Shown piece by piece: positions 1-8,088 of a DNA stretch of 64,000 nt. The notes under the pieces are model-generated. The model saw only the letters and a program-made list of their open reading frames with translations. It searched no databases and was not told the DNA's origin. Origin of the DNA: a virus. The number at the start of each line of letters is the position of its first letter. Within the stretch, counting starts at the first letter, position 1. Location: positions 6,391-70,390 of IMG/VR virus record IMGVR_UViG_3300042691_009766; one strand, written 5' to 3'. The position numbers and the translations under genes were made by a program.

Positions 1-22
1 TCGGATTTAAGAGGGACAAATA

Positions 23-310
23 ATGCCTACATCTAAAGACCCTAGACTAGCCCGTGCTGGTGTATCAGGCTACAACAAGCCTAAGCGTACTCCAGACCAT
101 CCAACTAAGTCACACATTGTTGTTGCTAAACAGGGTGACCAAGTTAAGACTATTCGTTTTGGACAGCAAGGTGTTTCTGGTTCTCCTAAAAAAGAAGGAG
201 AGTCTGCGTCTTATCGTAAGCGTCGTGAATCGTTCAAGGCTCGTCATTCAGCAAACATTTCTAAAGGTAAGATGTCTGCGGCATACTGGGCAGACAAGGT
301 TAAATGGTAA
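23..310 (+). CDS. small basic phage protein (RRESFKARH...SAAYWA motif)
   Basis: GAGGG RBS; K/R-rich; motif type recurs in phage hypothetical proteins. Confidence 0.8.
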   Translation: MPTSKDPRLARAGVSGYNKPKRTPDHPTKSHIVVAKQGDQVKTIRFGQQGVSGSPKKEGESASYRKRRESFKARHSANISKGKMSAAYWADKVKW

Positions 311-621
311 TGGCTAAAAAGTTAAAACCAACAGCCATAGTTAAAAGCACCGCTGAGGCTTATGCTAAAGGCGTAATGACTACAGGTCGTAAGCAAAAGA
401 AAATTGCTAAAGATACGTCTATGCTTCCTGCTGAACGTCAGTTATATGTTGACCGTGAACATCAAGTTGCTAATGAAATTGCCCCACAGACGGTGCGAAG
501 TGCAATACAGTTTGCCGCTAAAAAAGGTGTTTCTTTACGTAAAGTCAAAACAGCATACTACACTGGTGCTGTTAAAGGTGTTGTTAAAGGTGCGGTGGAG
601 AACATGAGGAATCGTGGCTAA
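310..621 (+). CDS. small basic hypothetical protein
   Basis: TAATG overlap with previous stop; K-rich. Confidence 0.7.
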   Translation: MAKKLKPTAIVKSTAEAYAKGVMTTGRKQKKIAKDTSMLPAERQLYVDREHQVANEIAPQTVRSAIQFAAKKGVSLRKVKTAYYTGAVKGVVKGAVENMRNRG

Positions 622-823
622 AGTAAAGACTCAAGACGGTGTACGCCACACAGTTACTAAGAATAAAAAAGGCGAAATAATCGTTGACCACACCGATAAA
701 AAAGGTGGCAAATACGACAAGATGAACCTTACCAAGGTTGCTGGCTCTAAGACAGTTAAAGATGGCGTAAAGGCGACTCGTAAGTGGCATAAAGAGAACC
801 CACAGAAGAAAGGTAAAAAATAA
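614..823 (+). CDS. small basic hypothetical protein
   Basis: GAGGA RBS, GTG start, K-rich. Confidence 0.7.
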   Translation: MAKVKTQDGVRHTVTKNKKGEIIVDHTDKKGGKYDKMNLTKVAGSKTVKDGVKATRKWHKENPQKKGKK

Positions 824-1083
824 TGGCTAGTTCACTAAGTCCTAAGCAGTTTAAAGCACGAGCAGCAGCAGGTGCTCCTTTAGCAAAAGGTGTTAAAGGT
901 CGTCAAGAAGCATTAATGAACATGGATTCTAATTCGAGAGAAGTGGCTGAAAGTAAAACTAGAGCCCGTTCAACTTCGCCCACTAAAGGAAAACAAAACA
1001 TTGTAAACCGATACAGCGGTGTAGTTACTGGAAGCACCAAGAAAGCAACTAAGTTTACGGTTAGAGAAAAACGAGTTAAGTAA
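823..1083 (+). CDS. small basic hypothetical protein (N-terminal SLSPKQF)
   Basis: TAATG coupling, K/R-rich. Confidence 0.7.
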   Translation: MASSLSPKQFKARAAAGAPLAKGVKGRQEALMNMDSNSREVAESKTRARSTSPTKGKQNIVNRYSGVVTGSTKKATKFTVREKRVK

Positions 1084-1280
1084 TGGCAGCAAAAAAACCA
1101 GCAAAAAGTAAATCTAGGGTCAATGAGGCTGGCAACTATACTAAGCCAGAACTTCGTGAACGTCTATTTAAAAAGATTAAAGCAGGTACTAAGGGCGGAG
1201 ACCCAGGTGAGTGGTCTGCCCGTAAAGCACAACTTCTAGCCGCAGAATACAAGAAGGCTGGCGGAGGCTACAAGAACTAA
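1083..1280 (+). CDS. basic protein, DUF5872-like N-terminal half
   Basis: YTKPELRERL..KIKAGTKGGDPGEWSARKAQLLAAEYKKAGGGY; family assignment from recall, unverified. Confidence 0.65.
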   Translation: MAAKKPAKSKSRVNEAGNYTKPELRERLFKKIKAGTKGGDPGEWSARKAQLLAAEYKKAGGGYKN

Positions 1281-1522
1281 TGGCTAAAGCAAAACCTCAA
1301 CAGTCACTAGACAAGTGGACTAAAGAAGAGTGGACTACCTCAGATGGAAAACCATCTAAGGGTAAGAAACGCTATCTTCCAAAGAAGGCTTGGGAGGACC
1401 TAACTCCTGGTGAGAAGGCTGCTACTAACCGTGCGAAGAAAAAGGGTGATGGTGGAAAGGCTGGTAAGCAGTTTGTTCCTCAGCCTAAGAAGATTGCTAA
1501 GAAGACAGCGAGACATAGATAA
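1280..1522 (+). CDS. basic protein, DUF5872-like C-terminal half
   Basis: QQSLDKWTKEEW..RYLPKKAW..ATNRAK..GKQFV; coupled by TAATG. Confidence 0.65.
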   Translation: MAKAKPQQSLDKWTKEEWTTSDGKPSKGKKRYLPKKAWEDLTPGEKAATNRAKKKGDGGKAGKQFVPQPKKIAKKTARHR

Positions 1523-1752
1523 TGGCTAAAAAAAGTACAGTTACTATCCATAAGTGGGACCAGCAAAACGGTAATGGCTATGAGGTTGTTTGCGACAGCC
1601 CAAATCATGATGGTGGGTTTGCCATGGCTGAGACAATGGCTGAGGCTAGAGAGTTAAAGAAATCTCCAGAAAATTGGTGTATGGGTTGTAACAGCGAAAA
1701 AAACTCATCAAATAACCCTAATATGGGGAGGCAGTTCAATGGCGGAGACTAA
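1522..1752 (+). CDS. hypothetical protein with C/H and CxxC residues
   Basis: coupled ORF; C..H..WCMGC. Confidence 0.65.
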   Translation: MAKKSTVTIHKWDQQNGNGYEVVCDSPNHDGGFAMAETMAEARELKKSPENWCMGCNSEKNSSNNPNMGRQFNGGD

Positions 1753-2029
1753 GAAGTTTGGACCCTATAAGGGCTCTAAAGCCAATGGTGGCAGACCAAT
1801 CTATGTCTACAAAACTAAGCAAAAAGATGGTACTTGGAAAACCACAAGTAAAAATAAGGCTAGAGCAGACTACGAAAGCAAACATGGTAAACTGAGTAAA
1901 GATACTGATGTTGACCATAAAGATAATGGTGGGCGTAAAGGTCGGGATGGCATGAAAAACCTTCAAGCCATGAGCCACTCTAAGAACGTGGCTAAAGAGA
2001 ACAAGCGTAGAGCAGGAAAGAAGAAGTAA
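1739..2029 (+). CDS. HNH-motif protein (small HNH endonuclease-like)
   Basis: DVDHKDNGG...NLQAMSHSKN HNH-type motif; GGGGAGG RBS. Confidence 0.7.
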   Translation: MAETKKFGPYKGSKANGGRPIYVYKTKQKDGTWKTTSKNKARADYESKHGKLSKDTDVDHKDNGGRKGRDGMKNLQAMSHSKNVAKENKRRAGKKK

Positions 2030-2353
2030 ATGGCAGTAACTAAAAAGACCTTAGCCAAAGACACCAAGAAATACGCAGGTCAAACAGTCCGATTTCGTGC
2101 AACTAAAGAAGTTGCAAAACAAACAGGCGTAGAAGGTAAGTCCTGGAAAGATGCTAGAGATTTTACTCCTAAGCAAGAAAAGGCTTATAGAGCGTTTAAT
2201 AAGGCTGATAGGGAACTTGGTAAAGGTGTAGGAGAAAAAGTTACACCTAGAAGTAAGGGTCAAAACACTAAAATTACTAAGAGAGTCAACCAGTCTATTG
2301 TTGCTCGTGGCGGCAAGCCAGTAAAGACTTACACAAAGAAAGCAGGTAAGTAA
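2030..2353 (+). CDS. small basic hypothetical protein
   Basis: in tandem K-rich ORF chain. Confidence 0.7.
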   Translation: MAVTKKTLAKDTKKYAGQTVRFRATKEVAKQTGVEGKSWKDARDFTPKQEKAYRAFNKADRELGKGVGEKVTPRSKGQNTKITKRVNQSIVARGGKPVKTYTKKAGK

Positions 2354-2490
2354 TGGCTGCAAAGAAACCTTGTACTTGTGGAACATGTCCAGCATGTAAG
2401 ACAAAGAAGAACCCTAACATGAAGCGTGACCAGAGTCTTGCAGCCCGCAAGAAGAACTCTCTAGGCAAAGTCCGTGGAGGAAAGAAGTAA
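2353..2490 (+). CDS. 45-aa basic Cys-cluster peptide (CTCGTCPAC)
   Basis: TAATG coupling; below ORF-track cutoff; translated by hand. Confidence 0.65.
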   Translation: MAAKKPCTCGTCPACKTKKNPNMKRDQSLAARKKNSLGKVRGGKK

Positions 2491-2492
2491 AA

Positions 2493-2546
2493 ATGGATTG
2501 TAACTGCGACAACTGCAACTGCAAGAAGGAGCCTACTAATGGCTAA
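2493..2546 (+). CDS. 17-aa Cys-rich micropeptide MDCNCDNCNCKKEPTNG
   Basis: fills the gap between two genes, GGAGG upstream. Confidence 0.4.
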   Translation: MDCNCDNCNCKKEPTNG

Positions 2547-2835
2547 GAAACCGTCATACGAAAAAGGTAAGTACACCGAGTCTAAAGACAAGAAGAAGGA
2601 TGCAGCGATGCTCCGTAAGGCTGGTCTAACCGAAAAAGATGAGAAGAAGGCTTTTAAGAAGGCTGACGATGCTCATGGTAAGGCTAAGAAGCCTAAGACT
2701 ATGGCTGAAGACAAGAAGATTGATGCCAAGATTATCAAGGGTATCAAGGCTAAAGAAGCCGCTCACGAGAAGCGTGAGGGTAAAAAAGGCGAGAAAGCCG
2801 AAGACAAGCGTGAAAAGAAAGCAGGAAAGAAATAA
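2539..2835 (+). CDS. highly charged K/D/E-rich protein
   Basis: AAGGAG RBS; very Lys-rich. Confidence 0.75.
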   Translation: MAKKPSYEKGKYTESKDKKKDAAMLRKAGLTEKDEKKAFKKADDAHGKAKKPKTMAEDKKIDAKIIKGIKAKEAAHEKREGKKGEKAEDKREKKAGKK

Positions 2836-3170
2836 TGGCTAAAACACCAAAGCCAGTTCGTAAGGCTGGCAAAGTAACTACCCGTTCTGCCAGAACGCCT
2901 GACGGTAAAAAAGTCACTTATCAGACCAGTAAAGAATACAAATCCCCTGTTACGGGAGATGGTGGAAAACCTCCCCTAGATAAATCTGGAAAGTCGGATA
3001 AGCAAACATGGGGACTAATGGGTGTAAAAACAAACGCTCAAATGAAAAAAGCCATTAAAGGTGGCGAGTTTCCAGCAGGTGTTACTGGGCTAAATGGCAA
3101 GGCAAGAGCACCAATCTCAAAATACGGTAAAACTAGTCCTTCATTTAAAAAGAAAGCAGGAAAGAAATAA
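2835..3170 (+). CDS. small basic hypothetical protein
   Basis: TAATG coupling, K-rich, ends KKKAGKK. Confidence 0.7.
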   Translation: MAKTPKPVRKAGKVTTRSARTPDGKKVTYQTSKEYKSPVTGDGGKPPLDKSGKSDKQTWGLMGVKTNAQMKKAIKGGEFPAGVTGLNGKARAPISKYGKTSPSFKKKAGKK

Positions 3171-3529
3171 TGCCGCTAAATAATAAAACAAAGCCGAGTA
3201 AAGGCAAAGCAGCAATAAAGGCATCGGGTCGCAATCTAAACGGTACGCCTGTTAGTAAAAATGTTATTGGTGCAGGTAAAAAGGCTAAAGCATCACTCAA
3301 AAAAGACGCAGTTAAAAAATTGGTCCGTGCCAAGGCTGACGAACAACTTGGTATTTCTCGTGGACTAGGACCTGACGAGGGTTATGGTTACAAGAAGGCT
3401 TTAAGTGCTTCTAACAGGGCTGGTAAGGCTGGTCTACCTATGAACGGACCAGTAGTTGCACTGGGTTCAGGGGCTAGAAAAACTGCTTCCAAGCGTATTA
3501 GGCAATCCGTGAACGCTCGTAAAAAGTAA
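3170..3529 (+). CDS. small basic hypothetical protein
   Basis: TAATG coupling, K/A-rich. Confidence 0.7.
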   Translation: MPLNNKTKPSKGKAAIKASGRNLNGTPVSKNVIGAGKKAKASLKKDAVKKLVRAKADEQLGISRGLGPDEGYGYKKALSASNRAGKAGLPMNGPVVALGSGARKTASKRIRQSVNARKK

Positions 3530-3562
3530 TTACAAACCTTAATTTCAACACAAACAAAGTTT

Positions 3563-3590
3563 AGCCAGCATTATGCTGGCTTTTCTTTTA
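3563..3590 (+). terminator. intrinsic terminator
   Basis: AGCCAGCA-tta-TGCTGGCT followed by T-rich tail. Confidence 0.75.
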
Positions 3591-3663
3591 CTCTAGATGT
3601 GTAGGTATCCATGCGGAGCCTATCTACTAACGTAGCCCTGCACCTTTAATAAAGGATTTTGCG

Positions 3664-3852
3664 ATGTCATCTAAGGACTGGAAACCTTGGTGGGAACGTG
3701 TTGGCGATATACCCAACCCTCAAGAACGACGAGAGTTCATTAGAGCGGTTGGTGGAGCCATCAAACCTACCTTTGGTCAAGAAGTTTTGCTATCCATAAT
3801 TGCTGGCTACGTTGGCGGTAAAATTGCTCAACGTACAGGCGATGAGAAGTGA
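3664..3852 (+). CDS. hypothetical protein
   Basis: AAGGA RBS, overlaps next start. Confidence 0.6.
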   Translation: MSSKDWKPWWERVGDIPNPQERREFIRAVGGAIKPTFGQEVLLSIIAGYVGGKIAQRTGDEK

Positions 3853-4160
3853 AGAAACTTATAGAGGCTACGCAGAAAGCAAAGCAGGACACCGCAAGGT
3901 ATATGACCGCCCAATTGCGTAATCATGCAATACAAAACGGCTGGGATGCAGACGTCGCTGATACCTTGCAGGTTACTCACGAGAATGGCAAATTTGTTGC
4001 CAAAGTTCACCCTGACTATAGTGACCGTGCTTTTGTTCATGAGTACGGCGATGAGAACGTTAAGCCTACCGCCACAATCCGCAAGTTTATGAACGACCCT
4101 AAAGTAGTTAACGATGCTTTTATGGTCACGTTAGATAAGCGTTGGAAGGAGATGAAATGA
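3849..4160 (+). CDS. putative neck/tail-associated protein
   Basis: position before tail completion gene; HEYG motif. Confidence 0.55.
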   Translation: MKKLIEATQKAKQDTARYMTAQLRNHAIQNGWDADVADTLQVTHENGKFVAKVHPDYSDRAFVHEYGDENVKPTATIRKFMNDPKVVNDAFMVTLDKRWKEMK

Positions 4161-4759
4161 CTTTCTTACTTTCAGAAGATGAGGCTTTACGTAAGCAAAT
4201 TCAGGGCATCACCGTAAATGACCAGCGTTCAACTGACGACTCAACTCCACGTCAAGTTGGAGTGTTCTTTGGTCAACCAGACCAAGAACTTCGAGCACAG
4301 GTTTATCCGTACATAACCATCGACATGATTGATATTCAGCGTGACGTTGCCCGTGAAATGCGTGGACGTATTGCTGGGAGTGTCGAACAGTTTGGTTATC
4401 TAGGACCAACAGAAACATCTGAATTTGGTTGGGACATTGAACTTCCTATACCAGTAAACATTGACTACCAAATCACCACATACGCTAGACAGCCAAGACA
4501 CGATAGAGAATTGTTGTCGCAACTGCTACACCAGAAACTTCCTTTCCGTTTCGGTCAATTAACTTTAAACGACAATACTGTTCGTCGTTTAGAGGTTCTT
4601 GATGTTGCGAAAAGAGATAGTGTTGAACAAGCAAAACGTTTGTTTATCAATGCAGTAACTGTGCGAGTTACAAGTGAAATTGCACAGACCACATACCGTC
4701 AGTACTACACGGTTGATGAAATCGATATTGCCGAAATTGAAATACTAAACCGCCACTAA
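4157..4759 (+). CDS. putative tail completion/sheath terminator protein
   Basis: immediately upstream of sheath; YPYITID...PIPVNIDYQIT pattern. Confidence 0.6.
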   Translation: MTFLLSEDEALRKQIQGITVNDQRSTDDSTPRQVGVFFGQPDQELRAQVYPYITIDMIDIQRDVAREMRGRIAGSVEQFGYLGPTETSEFGWDIELPIPVNIDYQITTYARQPRHDRELLSQLLHQKLPFRFGQLTLNDNTVRRLEVLDVAKRDSVEQAKRLFINAVTVRVTSEIAQTTYRQYYTVDEIDIAEIEILNRH

Positions 4760-4793
4760 ATCGAACCCCCCGAAATTAATCTAAGGAGATAAA

Positions 4794-6377
4794 ATGACCT
4801 ATGGTCGTCCTGGAGTCTATGTAAACGAGACTCTAATACCTGCTCCAGTTGCATCCGCAGGAGCGGCTAATGCTGCTGGTGCCGCAATTGGTGCATTTCC
4901 TCAGGGTCCTTCAACTGTAACCCTAGTTACATCTTGGTATGACTTTGTTCAGAAATTTGGTGGCTTTAACGCTACTTACCCAGCAACTGTTGGTGTTAAC
5001 CAGTTCTTTGCAAACGGTGGTTCAGAACTTTATGTTCGCCGTGTGCTTGGTGCGGGTGCCGCTGTTGCTTCTGTCTCACTACCAAAATCTGGTGGTGGAA
5101 ACCTTGGTACAGCCTCTTCTGTAAACAAGGGTGCTGACAGCAACAACCTACGTGTTCAGGTTTCAGGAACTGCAACCGCAAACTACTACAACCTAACTGT
5201 TCTAAAGGAAGTAGAGACTGCTTACCTAGGCACTAACAACGCAAGCGGAACTAACGACGTTATTGTAGAGCAGTTCACCAATGTGCGTTTCGATGTCGCT
5301 ACTTCTCCTGACTATGCTCAGACTGTTGTAAATGCAACTTCGCAGTACATTACTTTGTCTTTGTCTAGCACAGGTACTCCAACTACTCAGGCAATTTCTG
5401 CTGTACTTCCTTTAACTGGTGGTTCAGATGGTTCTGCTCCAGTAACTGCCGATTACACCGCAGTTGTTCCAGCAGACGGAAGTTCGGACTTTGACTCGAT
5501 TGCTCGTCCACTAGTAATCTTTGCCCCTAACCTATACGAAAAGTTAGTGGTAGATGGTGACGCTTCTGCATCAACTAACCTTGCAACTGTTCACGATGCT
5601 TTGATTGCATGGGCTAACGCTGGTGCTGGTTTTGCAATTATTGACACCGCTCCGAGCCTAACTGTTGCTCAGGCTATTGCCTACATCACTGCTCGTACAG
5701 TATCTTCACAGGCTGCTGGTTACTACCCTAACTACTATGTACAGGACCCTTTAGCAAGAAGCCCTCAGGCTTTGCGTAAGACTTCTCCTGCTGGTGCAGT
5801 TGCTGGTATTTACTTGGCTACCGACAAGTCTGACGGACCATTTAAGTCCCCAGCAGGTATCAACGCAAGCATCCGTACCGCAGTATCACTAGAGCGTGCA
5901 TTTACCCCAGCAGACCTAGATTCGCTGAACAGCGGAACTTACGTTAGCGGTGGAAGCACTGTTTACGGAACTTCTGTTAACGCCATCAGAAACCTTCCTG
6001 GTGCTGGTGTAGTTGTAATGGGTGGACGCACTCTAAAGCAGGATGGTACTGCTAACAAGTATGTAAGCACTAGACGTTCTTTGATTTATGTGAAGAAGCA
6101 GTTGCAGAACCTAACTGAGTTCGCCGTGTTCCGCAACAACGACGCAAAACTATGGGACCAGTTGAGAACCGTTATTAGCGTGTTCTTGAATGAGTACCGT
6201 AACCAAGGTGGTTTGCGTGGAACCTCACCTGCCCAGGCGTATTACGTCAAGGTAGATTCAAGCATTAATACCCCAGAAAGCATTGCGACTGGTGTAGTAA
6301 ACATTCAGGTTGGTGTGGCTCTTGAGTACCCTGCCGAATTCGTAGTTATCAACCTAAGCCAAATTACTGGTAACTAG
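4794..6377 (+). CDS. tail sheath protein
   Basis: RPGVYVNE N-terminus, FFANGG, GGRTL, YVSTRR, VGVALEYPAEFVVI C-terminus. Confidence 0.95.
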   Translation: MTYGRPGVYVNETLIPAPVASAGAANAAGAAIGAFPQGPSTVTLVTSWYDFVQKFGGFNATYPATVGVNQFFANGGSELYVRRVLGAGAAVASVSLPKSGGGNLGTASSVNKGADSNNLRVQVSGTATANYYNLTVLKEVETAYLGTNNASGTNDVIVEQFTNVRFDVATSPDYAQTVVNATSQYITLSLSSTGTPTTQAISAVLPLTGGSDGSAPVTADYTAVVPADGSSDFDSIARPLVIFAPNLYEKLVVDGDASASTNLATVHDALIAWANAGAGFAIIDTAPSLTVAQAIAYITARTVSSQAAGYYPNYYVQDPLARSPQALRKTSPAGAVAGIYLATDKSDGPFKSPAGINASIRTAVSLERAFTPADLDSLNSGTYVSGGSTVYGTSVNAIRNLPGAGVVVMGGRTLKQDGTANKYVSTRRSLIYVKKQLQNLTEFAVFRNNDAKLWDQLRTVISVFLNEYRNQGGLRGTSPAQAYYVKVDSSINTPESIATGVVNIQVGVALEYPAEFVVINLSQITGN

Positions 6378-6398
6378 TCCTAAGGAGAAAAGAAAACA

Positions 6399-7091
6399 AT
6401 GGCTACAATCCTAAATAACCGCTCCAACATTGCGACTGACCCGATTAGAAACTTTAGGTTTCTTGTCACTTTTAAGCCGCAAAACAGCATTACTAACAGA
6501 GAGTTAGTTAATGGAAACATTACCGAAACTAATACTCCTCAAAACTATGGTGACTGGGCAACCAAGTTAGCGGCAGTTCCGTTTGGGTTTACCTCTGTGA
6601 GTGGTATGGCTGTGTCTACAGACAGCATCCCTTATCGTGAAGGTGGGTATAACACCACCGTCCACCAGATTCCAGGGCAGACTTCCTTTGCTCCTCTAAC
6701 GCTTCAGCGTGGTGTAGTGCTAGGTTCAAGTCAGAACTGGGGTTGGATGAACCAGTTGTTCCAGACTGTTCAGGGAACTGTAACTCGTACAGCGGCAGAA
6801 AACTTCCGTGTTGATATTGACATCGATGTTCTAAGCCACCCTCTAGCGTCAACTGCTACCGCAAACAACAGTGCATACACTGGAGATTACACTGACCACG
6901 TTTCTATGCGTTTCAAGGTATACAACGCATGGATTACCTCTCTTGCATACTCAGACCTAAACGCTGGTGACAACGCTATCCTTGTAGAGCAGATGTCTTT
7001 AGTGCACGAAGGTTTTGATGTCATTTGGGGTAAGGACCTTACTGATGTTGGTTCAGCCGCAATGATTGATTCGGCTTACCTAGTTCCGTAA
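6399..7091 (+). CDS. tail tube protein (T4 gp19-like)
   Basis: DPIRNFRFLV, YREGG, PGQTSFAPLTLQRG, NAW, LVHEG. Confidence 0.92.
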   Translation: MATILNNRSNIATDPIRNFRFLVTFKPQNSITNRELVNGNITETNTPQNYGDWATKLAAVPFGFTSVSGMAVSTDSIPYREGGYNTTVHQIPGQTSFAPLTLQRGVVLGSSQNWGWMNQLFQTVQGTVTRTAAENFRVDIDIDVLSHPLASTATANNSAYTGDYTDHVSMRFKVYNAWITSLAYSDLNAGDNAILVEQMSLVHEGFDVIWGKDLTDVGSAAMIDSAYLVP

Positions 7092-7118
7092 TCTAAACAA
7101 AAAAATAAGGAGAATAAA

Positions 7119-7925
7119 ATGGAAGAACAAGTTTTAAAAGCAGCCCTAGACCCTAATAAGGCTAACAATCTGCTTAATCAAGCACTAACCGAACAACCAG
7201 CCGTAGAAGCCCCAAAAATCGTTTCTCCTACAGACATTCTTGTTGACCTCCCAGGTGGGACCGTTATTAACGGAGAGGTCATCAAGACTGCTGTAGTGAG
7301 AGAACTAAACGGTAGAGATGAAGAAGCATTAATCCGTGCAGATAATGCAGGAAAGATGTTTTCTATCGTAGTAAACCGTGCCACTGTTTCTTTAGGTGGT
7401 ACTAAAGCAACAGAAGAAATACTAGACAAACTTCTAGTAGGAGACCGAGATGCAATACTTCTCGGTATTTATCGTGCAACATTTGGAGAAACCGCAGAAC
7501 TTGCTGGGTATTGTGAAGGATGCTCAGAATTTAAAGTTGTGGAAATAAACGTAGTTGAAGACATAAAAACTCGACTATTACCTGACCCTACCGCTACTAC
7601 ATTCACCGTTAAAGGCAAAAACAAAGAGTTTGTTGTTGCATTACCTACTGGAATTGCCCAGAAGAAGATGATGGCAAACAAAGATGCGACTGTCGCAGAA
7701 AACTTGACGACTTTGCTGGAAGAGACGATTGTAGAAATAGACGGTAAGCCTGTGTTTAGCAAAGCACAAATTCAGGCTTTAGGTATCGTAGATAGACGAA
7801 CAATTGCAGAAGAGATTTCAGACCGCAACCCTGGACCACAATTTGACCCTGTAAAAGTTACTTGCCCCGATTGCGAGAGTGAAGTGCAGGTGCCGATTAA
7901 CCTCGGCGACTTGTTTCGCTTCTAG
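7119..7925 (+). CDS. tail assembly chaperone / baseplate hub assembly protein
   Basis: VRELNGRDEE, GDRDAILLGI..ATFG, two CxxC; between tube and tape measure. Confidence 0.8.
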   Translation: MEEQVLKAALDPNKANNLLNQALTEQPAVEAPKIVSPTDILVDLPGGTVINGEVIKTAVVRELNGRDEEALIRADNAGKMFSIVVNRATVSLGGTKATEEILDKLLVGDRDAILLGIYRATFGETAELAGYCEGCSEFKVVEINVVEDIKTRLLPDPTATTFTVKGKNKEFVVALPTGIAQKKMMANKDATVAENLTTLLEETIVEIDGKPVFSKAQIQALGIVDRRTIAEEISDRNPGPQFDPVKVTCPDCESEVQVPINLGDLFRF

Positions 7926-8088
7926 TCTGGTAAGTTACGAAGATTTAATTTACACCTGGGCAGCATTGTCTAAGTTGTATAAAAGTTGGACGTTGAGCGA
8001 AATACGTGAGATGTCCTATCGTGAAAGGTTGAATTGGTTAGAGATAGCCAGAGCAAGCGGTAAGGTGGTGAAAGACAGTGGCGGATAA
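7914..8088 (+). CDS. frameshifted chaperone extension (gpE'/gpT-like)
   Basis: +1 frame ORF lacking own RBS; WTLSEIREMSYRER motif; TTT CGC at 7914-7919. Confidence 0.6.

Noticed and set aside
3590-3663. tRNA or other RNA gene in intergenic gaps (also 45581-45734)
   Set aside because: No cloverleaf or T-loop GTTCRA pattern found; only short inverted repeats and -10-like hexamers.
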